DNA of 64,000 nucleotides from Octopus bimaculoides (taxonomy: Eukaryota). The stretch's first letter is position 1, and every line of letters begins with the position of its first letter. A program made the position numbers and the translations under genes. Location: assembly GCF_001194135.2 (NCBI RefSeq), contig NC_068987.1, forward strand, positions 105,466,830-105,530,829, written 5' to 3'. Below, piece by piece: positions 50,456 to 61,808 of this stretch. The notes below the pieces were generated by a model. The model was not told where the DNA came from and made no database searches. It saw nothing but the letters and a program-made list of their open reading frames with translations.

Positions 50456-51629
50456 TTTTTTAATGTTATATTATATTCATAGTATATTATGTTGTATTAT
50501 ACTATAAATAAATTATTAGATTGTCAATTGAATCTCTCGATTTAATTTATTGTTTGTAATTTGCATTATACCCTCGTTTCTGTGGTATTCAACTGAAGTA
50601 CCAGTGAATTGGATGTGTTACACACTCCCAAGAAGGAATTTCGTTCCTTAGTTTGTTACTTTAATACACAGACACTCTCTCTCTCACACACACACGTACA
50701 TACATATGTATATATGTATATATGTATATATGCATGTATGTATATATATAGATGTAAATATATATATGTATATATGTACTTTATCTTTTAGTTGTTTCAC
50801 ACAATCAAACATGTGTATGTATGAATATATGTATGTAACTATTTACATGTACATACATACATATATACACACATGCATGCATTCACACATACATACATAA
50901 TGTATGTGTATATGTTTGTATGTCTGTGACCGCGTGTGTATATATGTGTAAACTGACGAAAGACCAGCGTTAGTAGCTGTGTTTTTTAACTTAATGTTTC
51001 TAAAAGTAGAGACCGATAAAATAAGAACCAGTTTGAAAGAAATACTACGGTAAATATGAATTAAACCATTGAAGGCTGTGCTCCAGAATGGCTACCGCCC
51101 AATATGTTGGTCTATGGAAAGAACATACACAAATACACACACGCATTCACAAACATATCTGTGTGTGCGTACGCGCACGTGTATGAGTGTGTGTTTGTTT
51201 GTACGCACTTCTGCGTGTATCTCAGAATATTTGAAATCAACGATGAAAATGATAGGGATGTTAAAGTGAAAATAAAGGGCAGTTATTAGTTTGACGCTCA
51301 ATGAGAGAATAAGACAGTGTGCTTCTCATGTTTTGAGATTATCCCTTCTTCAAAAAGTTAGAGATAATTAGGAGAATGAAACGTGTAGAGGAAAGAAAGT
51401 AAATGAGAGTAACGAAGATAAGTGGTTTGGTCTGTGCGAAGTTATGCTCTCAAGAGCTGAGGTCGAATAACTAGCAGAGAAACAGAAGGAATGCTGTTTC
51501 ATACGTACAAGGGGAACAAGGGAAGTAACTGAGCCTAAAATATGTAGGCATGTGATACTTGGGTACAGTTTTAATGATTTCATTGTGAGCCTAGTATATA
51601 GGGCTAGTGTCTGTCAGTGTATAGGCGTG

Positions 51630-51681
<52 letters not shown>

Positions 51682-52317
51682 ATGTCAGTATGTGTAAATG
51701 AGTAGGTGTTTTTTTCAGTGTTAGTCATCATTAACATATTTGCAGTTTTAGTTGTTAGTATAGTGTGTATGTGTGTGTGTCAGGGCATGTGTGTGTATGT
51801 GTGTGTGTGAGTGTGCATGCGTGTACATTGCAAACCAGTATGGATATGTGGTTACAGTGTATGCATATATTTTGAAAAAAAATGTACAAAAAATACGTCT
51901 GAGTGCATGAGTTTGCATATACATATACATAGTAAGTGGACGTACATTTAGAGATTTATTAATATAGGAATACACACGCACACACATGTGTATACACACA
52001 CACACATGTGTGTATACACACACACACACACACACACATATATACATACACCATACATTTACATACGCTGAAACTGAAAGTTTGGTAAAGACAGACATTC
52101 ACACGTATACACATACATAGAAACAAGTTTTGTTATGCTGAGAGAACTCAATAGCTTACGCAGCGTATGTGTGTCTATGTATGTGTGTGTGTGTGTGCGC
52201 ATGTGTGTAGGCGTGTGTATGAGCGTGCGTGTGTATTTGTGCTTGTATTATCTATTTGAAATATTTATCCCTGAAGTATCTTCAGCTTCATAAAATACAT
52301 ACACACACACATGTATG

Positions 52318-52352
<35 letters not shown>

Positions 52353-52590
52353 CAAAAACACATTCCTACTCTCAACTGTCCCCTACCTTCTCTTCCCCTC
52401 TCATACACACACACACACACACACATGTATATACAGATAAGCATACATATAAACAAACATATACACAGAAGGGAAAGTATACTTCTGATGTCAAAACTTC
52501 ACCTTGTAGATAATTCATAAATTTCCAGCGCCATTCCGGCATCAGACATGGACACACGCGCATACAAACAAGCACACACACACACACACA

Positions 52591-52631
<41 letters not shown>

Positions 52632-52994
52632 ACTAAGCTACCACTACCGAGACTACCCCATGCATCATGTCACCATCTCAACATCCTCTCTGCCCCAAAT
52701 TATAGCATCACTTACTCAAATTGCATTATCACCCCATGTGTTAAGATGTTTCGTTGTTGATCCATCTCCCTGTTATCTTGTTATTTATTATGGTGGTTCT
52801 TCTTCTTCTTCTCCTTCTTCTTCGTCGTCGTCGTCGTCGCTAACGTATCAAACAGTCATACACACACATACATGCTAACATAATACATACATACATACAT
52901 ACATACATACGTGTGTTTACGTATTTACGTAAACATGTTTGTAGAGATGTATAAACATAATAGGCACTCACAAAGAGAGACAAACACATATAGA

Positions 52995-53041
<47 letters not shown>

Positions 53042-53117
53042 NNNNNNNNNNNNNNNNNNNNNNNNNNNNNNNNNNNNNNNNNNNNNNNNNNNNNNNNNNN
53101 NNNNNNNNNNNNNNNNN

Positions 53118-53161
<44 letters not shown>

Positions 53162-53814
53162 CACATAATATATATACACATATATATATATTTGTACGAA
53201 TACAAACACACACACTCATATATCTATAGTGTTTATATGTGTGTGTGTGTGTTTGTGTACTTGTACTGAAGCCGCATTGTACTGTATTGTTCTTTAATTC
53301 TATTGTTTTGCTTGCCAACGCTTCTCTTGTCACTTTTTACCCTCCTTGTGAAAGAACTACTATTTATTCCACCAAATCGTATTATATAAAATAATAAATT
53401 AAATCATTGTTGTTGTTTTCACAATACTTTCTACTTTCTCTGCCTCCCCGCTCCTCCATCCCGCCATATTTTTTTCATAATATATTTTTCAATTAATGTT
53501 TTCTTTTCTCTTATTCTCTTTTCAAAATCATTAACATACAACCAAAGTGTAGTTGTAATTATAGAAACGGCACTTAAATATTTTATGATTTTATTGTGTA
53601 GTTAGGCGAGGAAGATCAGTGCCCCTGACCTTTTTCTGGGCCTTCTAGACAGGTAGGGGAGAGCAAAGAAAGAAACCACGACTCTAAACTTATCCTTAGA
53701 CCAGAGAGCTGCGGTTTTATGCTGTACTTTTATGTTATACTGTTATGCTATGCAGTTTTGTGCAGGAGAAGTAAATATGGAAAAAATTCTTATTTTGATA
53801 TTTTTTATTGGCGT

Positions 53815-54430
53815 GTCGATTTTTCTGCTCGACAAGTAGCCTAAATCTCCCTCAAAGCAAACAATAGCCTTAATAATGATTTAAAAAAAACAGCCTTAAA
53901 AAGAAGAAAAAAAAACAGCAACATAGTTCAGACTTCCAAAAAATAAGGAGCATTCATGGTTTTAATGTTTTTGATCGTAGGTATACTCTATCAGAGTTGA
54001 CATATTAGGCAATAACAATAACATGAACAACATCTATAAAGACAACATCATCATCGACAATCAATCAGCCAATAAGGGAATCTTATAGTTTAGAGCTGTG
54101 TCGTCTCTATTCCACTCGATTCGCAAGAAATAATAGCTAGTTTTCCCTCAAATTACTTCTGTCATCTTGAAAATGTGACGGCATATAATATAATGCCACA
54201 AAAGCAATAACAATCATGGTTTTGGACGTGCCAAAAAGAGAGCCTCGACGTAGTCATTCAACTAGCAAGAAATAGCGGCCAAATCTCTCTCAAAGTAAAC
54301 TCCATCGTTTTAAGTAAAGAAGGACGTATTGGTTAATATTGTTTTAGATACTATTAAAAGAAAAGAAAAACAGCAGTCAGGGCTTGAATACATTTGATCA
54401 CAGGTCTGCATAATAAAGGAAGATCTGGGA
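53815..54430 (-). repeat. Three partial family D copies in the same orientation
   Basis: AAATCTCCCTCAAA (about 53845), TTTCCCTCAAATTAC (about 54145), and CAAATCTCTCTCAAA plus TTTGATCACAGGTCTGC (54280-54410). Confidence 0.5.
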
Positions 54431-54479
54431 CTAGAAATCATAATCCTCATCTTCAATAAGAAAGGCGTAGGAGCAGCTC

Positions 54480-55450
54480 ATTTCCCCAAAGAACAAAAAA
54501 AGCGAAATGATTTCTAACGGAGACAAAGAGCTAAACATTTGCCCAGGTGCCGCAGTCGAAGTACTTAATTTTATCGATTCTGAATTCAAATGTCGCGAAG
54601 TTAAACTTTGTCTTTCATCCTTCCAGAATCGGTAAAATAAAGTACGAGTCAAAAACTTGGGTAGATACGATTGATTATTCTCTCCCGTTAAATTCATAAC
54701 ATTTTGCCTGTTTTAGAAATTGTTACTTACCCCAGAATGATGAAAGATGAGGTTGACATCGGTAGGGTTAGAACTTAAAACGTAAAGAGAAATTATTTGA
54801 CGCAGCACGAATTGTTTTTTTTTATCTGACGCGCTACTGATTCCGCTCGGCTATCGCTCTCAAAGCAGCACAGAAAAAAAAGTGGCTGCATATGTTGGCA
54901 CAAACACGGAAATTTAGAAATTAGGAGTGAATCAGTTACATCGACCCCAGTACTTAGCAGTTACTTTATTTTATCGACCCCGGAAGGAGGAATAGCAATG
55001 TTGAGCTGGTCGAGATCTAATTTCAGAACGTAAACAAGCAAAACAAATACCTCAAGACGTTCTACCCATTGCTCTAACACAGCTAATGCGCCATTTTATA
55101 CGCAACATATTTTAAGCATAAGGCCTGCAATTTTTGAGCGTGGGAAATTGTATTTTACAGAACCCAGTACATGACTGATATTTTATTTTATTGACACACA
55201 CACAAATAATTAAATGAATAAATAAAAGGTAAATTTGACCCCAGCGGGATTTGAAATCAAAACGTAAAGAGCCGGAATAAGCAATATAAATGTTTTCTAA
55301 TTTAGTCGCAAGTGCAGAAATTTTGAAGGGAGGAGATTATTCTATTATATCGACCCCAGTTGTTGACTAACACTTCATTTTATTGATTCTGAAAGTTAAC
55401 CTCGTTGGAATTTGAACTCAGAACATAAAGGCCTGGAATAGACCACAAAA
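54480..55450. mobile_element. Cluster of about five old SINE family B copies (one plus, about four minus)
   Basis: Repeated ATCGACCCC...GAAAG...ATTTGAA.TCA.AACGTAAA motifs. Confidence 0.65.
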
Positions 55451-56372
55451 ACAATAACAGTTAGGCATACCATTGCACATGGGAATATCTTTACTCTTCG
55501 TATGAATTTTCATGTGACGAGAACCGAGTGCGAATCGTACCAAAGAGCAGTGTCTAGTGTCTATCTCTTCTAAAATTTTCAGAATCTTTAAAAGAAGAGA
55601 TACATGCTGATACCAAGCACTTCTTTTAACGTGCACTTGGAGTTTATTTTTGCATAAATATATATATATAATGAACTACTAATTGCAAAAGTGAAAACTT
55701 TCTCAGCTGGTAGCAATACACGTTAAAAAATATTGATTGGCCATTGAAAGAACAAATATACCAATGGCCACTTTTTTGAATCGCACACGAAAATAATAGT
55801 AAAAGTAAAGCAACAGAGCTGTAGTTATTATTATTATCATTACAGTATTGCAAGAACTTTGTGGAAGATACACACTTTACAAGTTAAGTCTGATTTAACC
55901 CAGTGGCACCCGATTTTTTTCATACAAGCGGGACACTGGAGAAAATACGAAAAAGAAAAGAAAAATGGCGCACTTTGTGCATAACATCAAATAAATCTAT
56001 TTACAAAAATCCTATTTATATATATATATTTGTAGGCTAAAATACATATTTTTTTAGCTTACAAATATGTATAATTTGAACTACAGGACATTATAAAGTA
56101 ATTATTCTTTATTCAAGGAATGAATCATAGCTATGAAGACTATATATGCATTATTTTATATTGTATTTTTCACATTCAAAAAAATATAGTTGCAATATTT
56201 TCTCAACAAATCTCGTTTGCTACTGCGCGTAGTACACTTGTATATAACGTCGCTGTACTTGAGAATCGGTGATTTAATGAAGTTGTTCGCTTAGTCACTT
56301 TAGTGCGAATGGTAAAAGCAGATACACCAATCCTGAGTGCGCAATATCTCTTCTGTTGATAAAATTTCTCGT

Positions 56373-56737
56373 GGAGGCGCAATGGCCTAGTGGTTAGGGC
56401 AGCGGACTCGCGGTCGTAGGGTCGTGGTTTCGATTCCTAGACCGGGCGTTGTGAGTGTTTATTGAGCGAAAACACCTAAAGCTCCACGAGGCTCCGGCAG
56501 GGGATGGTGGCGAACCCTGCTGTACTCTTTCACCACAACTTTCTCTCACTCTTACTTCCTGTTTCTGTTGTGCCTGTAATTCAAAGGGTCAGCCTTGTCA
56601 CACTGTGTCACGCTGAATATCCTCGAGAACTACGTTAAGGGTACACGTGTCTGTGGAGTNNNNNNNNNNCGAGCAGGCTGTTCCATTGATCGGATCAACT
56701 GCAACCCTCGACGTCGTAAGCGACGGAGTGCCAACAA
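56373..56737 (+). mobile_element. SINE family C
   Basis: GGAGGCGCAATGGCCTAGTGGTTAGGGC (A box)...GTTTCGATTCC (B box); collinear with 17606-17985; small gap 56660-56669. Confidence 0.92.
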
Positions 56738-57053
56738 TCTAATAGACTTAACCCTACCCCGACATTGCTGGCCTTGTGCCAAAATTCAGAAATATTGTTA
56801 AGAAATAACAATTCTCATTTCGAATTTGGTTCGGTACAATGTGAATATCTATGAATTAGACAACCGATGACTATCAAATCAATTGAAAAGCAGTGTAGAT
56901 GTAAATATTTTTTTGGTGTTTTTCTTGAAATAAGGGGGAAAAGGGCTTTAAAATTTGGGTATGGGTATTAGTAGTTTAAATCGATCCAATACTCGAAAGT
57001 CACCTATTTTCATTATTTACATAGGACGGATACGTGTCATCCTGTTTGTTGTT

Positions 57054-57100
57054 ACCATAACGTTTCGGCTGATTTACTCTCCCACCTTCATCAGGTGTCC
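57054..57100 (-). ncRNA. Second, more decayed copy of the minimal hammerhead motif
   Basis: The minus strand reads GGACAC-CTGATGA-A-GGTGG[GAGAGTAAAT]CAGCC-GAAAC-GTT-ATGGT; helix II is weakened. Confidence 0.55.
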
Positions 57101-57331
57101 TGGTAGGTTTTTGAACCCAACCCTGGGTTCTCATTTCTAAGGTATTTTTTTTTGCTGATGTAATTATTATTAGTATCATTATCTGTTCAAGGCACTGCCT
57201 AGAATTGAACTCGCAATCTTGGGATTAGTAGCCCGCGCTCTTAACCATTGAATAAATAATGATACTAATAATAATATCAGTAAAAAATACCTTAGGAATG
57301 AGAACCCAGGGTTGGGTTCAAAATTCTACCA

Positions 57332-57378
57332 GGACACCTGATGAAGGCTGAAGAGTAATTCAGCCGAAACGTTATGGT
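57332..57378 (+). ncRNA. Minimal type-I hammerhead ribozyme motif (Penelope-type)
   Basis: GGACAC-CTGATGA-A-GGCTG[AAGAGTAATT]CAGCC-GAAA-C-GTT-ATGGT: core intact, perfect 5-bp helix II, palindromic ACGT helix III, helix I mismatched. Confidence 0.65.
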
Positions 57379-57469
57379 AACAACAAACAAGATGAGGACA
57401 CGTATCCGTCCAATGTAAATAATGTAAATAATGTATAGAATACCTCATCTCTAAAATATAGAACAGTGT

Positions 57470-58250
57470 CACTTATTTTGTTGATCCCTAATGGATGAAA
57501 GGCAATGTTGACTTCGGGGATTTTTAATCAGGATGTACAGAGCTGGAAGAAATGTCACAAGGCATTTTCGCCAGTCACTCTATTTATCGTCCTATCAACT
57601 CTTGAAAAATAATTCTAATATAGGCATAAGACCTGAAATTTTGGAGATGGAGATGGTTAAATCATCCGCAATATTTGACAGGCACTTTGTTTTATCGATC
57701 TTGAAAGGATGAAAGGCAAAATTGACTTCGGCAAGATTTGAACTCAGATCGTAAAACGTCGGAACAAGCACTGTAAGTATTTTCCTAACCTTTCACGATC
57801 CAACTAATCCATCGTGCATGTAGATGCAAAAATTAAAACATTTTCCGTTTCTAAAGATGAAGTTAATACTTCTGAAAACCTCTTCACAACTTTGCGGCAA
57901 GTCAAAACAGAAACCCTCTTCAGTAGCTCTTGTAACTACAGGTGCAAGGGATGTTTTCCTTTGCTCTAGAACATCGTCTTATCGCTTTTCCTCTATACCC
58001 AAGATATGGATCTTATGAGGAAAGCCTGTGGTTGTCAATTTTTTCTACTATAGGCACATGATCTAAAATTTTTGGGAAGCGGCTTTTGATCACTTCAATC
58101 TCAGAGATCAACTGGTACTTATTTCATTGACTCCGAAAGTATGAAAGGCAAAGTCGATCTTGGTGGAATTTGAACTAGAACTTAAAAACGGATAAAATGC
58201 TGCTTAGCCTTTCGTCCGGTGTGCTAACCATCCCGCCAGTTCGCTGCTTT
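57470..58250 (-). mobile_element. Three old SINE family B copies
   Basis: GGATGAAAGGCAA..TTGACTTCGG at about 57495 and 57710; ATGAAAGGCAAAGTCGATC at about 58140. Confidence 0.7.
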
Positions 58251-59236
58251 CGCTTTCATTAGGACTTTAACTATGCAAACTCCTCCTAACCACATATGGT
58301 TTGTAGTTAGTTCGGTACTCATCACCTGCCATTACAAAACATAATTGAGCCCAGAGTTAGCATCTTACCAGTGTTTGTTGTTGTGAAGCTTTTTTTTTAT
58401 GTCATCTCATATATTATGACATTAGCCTATAGACAGATGTGTTCTACACCAGCTTTGTTGTCTTGCTCCGGCATCAGTTTTTAAGCCTATTTATACATCC
58501 CGTACATTCTCCCCGACTGATGAAAACTACAACATTCCGCACGGTTGCGAGGGCTTCCTTTAAACGTTGCTTTGGGGGTATATTCAGAAGTGTCACTTTA
58601 TTTTTCTTTACCGTTTTTTTCTCTCGATAAAATCGTCAGGTAAGGAGGCTGAACGTTTTGTCAAACACCTAGCCAGAGTCTATACTTTTTTAAGAGACAG
58701 CACTCTATTGAAAACAACCTTTTGGTTTGTGATAATTGCAAAGTTTATGGTGGTATTGCGCAAAATATGGAAATTTCCACCATCGCCAACGTCTGTGTAT
58801 TTCAGCCGAATTTTCTTTTGCTTTTTTTTTTTACTGAATATTTTGTTCAAAGTGCAATTGTTTGTATTGGCTTGTTTAGATATTGATTTGATATACATTA
58901 AACTTTTGGATGCGTATCTCATCACCAAATCAGAGGATATCACATTTACAAAATTTTAAAACACAATAAAATGTTTTATTTCCTTCCTAAGCAGAGAAAA
59001 CACAAAGAAAAATTAAAAATCTCTCTATGCAACAAATCCACAAGTCACGGCACAATAAAAATCCAATTCTGAAAGTAATCTATGAATTTTTTAAAAGCTC
59101 ACGCAGATTGTAAATGGCACATCTATTGCAGACAAATCCAATATTCCAAGAATAGTGGGAAGAAAAAGAAGAACGACAGTAACAACAACAACAATAAAAA
59201 CCACCACCACCACCACCACCAAAACAACAACAACAA

Positions 59237-59251
59237 ATAATAATAATAATG

Positions 59252-59318
<67 letters not shown>

Positions 59319-59342
59319 TAATAATGATAATAATAATAATAA
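59237..59342. repeat. (AAT)n microsatellite with GAT interruptions
   Basis: Seen directly. Confidence 0.95.
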
Positions 59343-60420
59343 CAATTTCTTTTTATCGGATTTAACAGTCGCTAGAAATATTTAGAATTATAGAAAGACA
59401 AAAGACAGTGAGAATTTACATAGAACGTGTTAACAATTAAAAAAAAAAACAATAACAATTAGCAAAAAATGTTAACAAACAAAAGCCCCAACAGGGGAAA
59501 CGCCAGCCAAGGGTAACCAAAGAAATAATCCACCCTCCTCGAGCGACCCTAATCATCAGAAATCTCACGGCAAATGTTCTTCATCCCTTCTTACCTCCCC
59601 AGCCTACAGGCACTAGCTTATAGCCGGCCCGTTCACACGAGGCATCCTCACCACATTCCTTTACCTTTCAGCAAATTTAGTGGCAGCACTAACTTCCTTC
59701 CTTTTCAAATGGAACTTGGCCAAAAAGGAAAATGTCTGTCGTTATTCCTTTTTGTCTCATCCACCACACAACCGCTTTTGCGACAACCACGTGGCAGAGG
59801 AAAACTGCCGGCTATTCTTAAACAAAAGAGGGCAACGGGCGGTCTTCACTGTGGAGTCAGTCGATGGCATTAACAACTTGCTGTTCGACGTAACTCCACA
59901 AATTAGCGATGCTCGGATACTACGAGTATGTGTAGGACTGTTTCGTCGCTCTGCGTGCGTCTCAATACTACCATGTTGTAGAGTTTCGGCAATGACCATC
60001 CCCATTCGATATCATTGCCGGCCCAAGGATTTCTGGAAATTATCCATAGACCTTGGACAGAAAGTCTCCAGAATAGACCATCCACTTGATTGTTGTCAAC
60101 AGCTACTAGTTTGAAGACACCACTTCCGCAACGATTCACGTTTCATTTGTGTTTTGTATTTGTTACTGAGAGTGGAAGTTGTAGTAATGATAGTGAACAT
60201 AATGTTGCTGCGAGTAGAACGCTGTGCGATAGTCAATTGTCCCTACGCACGTGGAATTTCGGTTGTCGGCACTCGGTAATTTATTCGTGGAGGTGGCATC
60301 ATTCGAAAGCTAAAACGATGCAAAGCGCATTGTGAACAGCAACGTATTACAACATCCGATAGTCTGGTCGATCATGTGATCATGTGACTTTTCTTCCAAC
60401 GACGTTTTGGTATCAGTTAA

Positions 60421-60500
60421 TTAATTACCTCTGCCTTAGCGAATGCGGAAGTATTATTTTCAGTCGTGTTTGTTTGTTTGTTTGTTTGTCCGTGGACAAG
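60421..60500 (+). mobile_element. 5' fragment of a DINE-1/HINE-like (Helentron-associated) element
   Basis: TTAATTACCTCTGCC-TTAGCGAA-TGCGGAAGT imperfect hairpin, then TTTTCAGTCGT and (GTTT)n GTCC; this layout is typical of such elements (from recall). Confidence 0.45.
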
Positions 60501-60844
60501 CAGTAGAGTTTCTGGCTAATCGTTGAGAGGACGTTGGTATTGCGTTGGCGGTTTGCGCTCTCGAGTGCTCTTATTATTGTTTGGCTTGAGCACGCTATGT
60601 TAGCACACGATTATTTTAAAATATCAGCCGTGTTAGGATCAATGATAGAAATGATGGTAGTAGTGTTTGTTGTTGCTGTTGGTGATTGTGGTGCTGAATT
60701 TGGTTGTTGTTGGTATTGAAATTATGGCGGCGGTGCTGGTGTTGATGGTGGTGATGATGGCGCTGACGCGAAAGTATTAGTTGCAGCAATAATAAACATG
60801 TTGGTGATGGCTGTTGTCATGGTGACGGTGATGGTAGGAGTCTA

Positions 60845-61025
60845 GAGCATTTACCCCCCATGAACAATATCCCACCCCCAAGGATAATTAGCCTTTAGGA
60901 CAACAGATGACGATGTAAAACTTAATATATTGGAGAAGGGGTAATTAGCCAAGGTGGGTAATTCTCCTAGGTGGTAGTTGTCGTCGGGGGAATTGTCCTA
61001 TGAGGGTGGGGGTAATTGTCCTGAT
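60845..61025. mobile_element. Small MITE-like relic with arrays of GGACAATTACCC-type motifs in opposite orientations
   Basis: Left: CATTTACCCCCC, GAACAATATCCC, GGATAATTAGCC. Right: GGGGTAATTAGCC, GGGTAATTCTCC, GGGGAATTGTCC, GGGGTAATTGTCC. Confidence 0.45.
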
Positions 61026-61376
61026 ACGGATGGTAGTGGTGTGAGTGATGACAGCGGTGGTGGACATGGTGGTAGTGAAAATGATAACTGTGGTATTGAT
61101 GACGGTGTGCTGGTAGTAGTATTAGTATTAATATTATTATTATTAGTAGTGGTAGTGGTGGTGGTGATGTTAGATGCGTTGGCGTTGATTGGGAAATGAT
61201 TGTGATTGTGAGTGGTAGCGGGGACGGTGATGGTGATGTTATTGGTCGGATAGCACTGATAGTGATGGTGGTGGTGGTGGTGGTGGTGATGGTGGTGGTG
61301 ATCGTGTTGGCGTTGTTGTTGGTGGGGTAGTGTTGGTAGAGAAGGTGGTAGTGGATGTGCAATTATTGATATTGAT

Positions 61377-61808
61377 AAAGGCGGTGAGTTGGCAGAAACG
61401 TTAGCGCGCCGGGCGAAATGCCTAGCAGTATTTCGTCTGCCGTTACGTTCTGAGTTCAAATTCTGCTGAGGTCGACTTTGCTTTTCATCCTTTCGGGATC
61501 GATTAAATAAGTACCAGTTATGCACTGGAGTCGATCGAATCGATTTAATCCCTTTGTCTGTCCTTGTTTGTACCCTCTATGTTTAGCTCCTTGTGGGCAA
61601 TAAAGAAATAAGAAACGTTAGCTCGCCGGGCGAAATGCTTAGTGGTATTTCGTCTGTCTTTACGTTCTGAGTTCAAATTCCGCCGAGGTCGACTTTGCCT
61701 TTCATCCTTTCGAGGTCGATAAATTAAGTGCCAGTTGTGTACTAGGGTTGATCTAATCAACTGGCCCCCTCCCCCAAAATATAGGACCTTGTGCCTACAG
61801 TAGAAAAG
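61377..61808 (+). mobile_element. SINE family B dimer (tail type 1 + 5'-truncated tail type 2) with 15-bp TSD
   Basis: TSD ATTATTGATATTGAT at 61362-61376 and 61809-61823; monomer junction near 61612. Confidence 0.9.

Larger units (their letters stand above)
57011..57424. mobile_element. tRNA-headed, hammerhead-tailed SINE-like element (minus strand) fused to an inverted copy of its tail
   Basis: Arms 57011-57189 and 57249-57424 are near reverse complements; the loop 57190-57248 read on the minus strand is tRNA-like (TGGTTAAGAGCGCGGG-CTACTAA-TCCCAAGATTGCGAGTTCAATTCT); each arm holds a hammerhead core. Confidence 0.8.

Noticed and set aside
58517-58575. CTGATGA...TAAACGTT
   Set aside because: No helix II and no GAAA; too degenerate to support.
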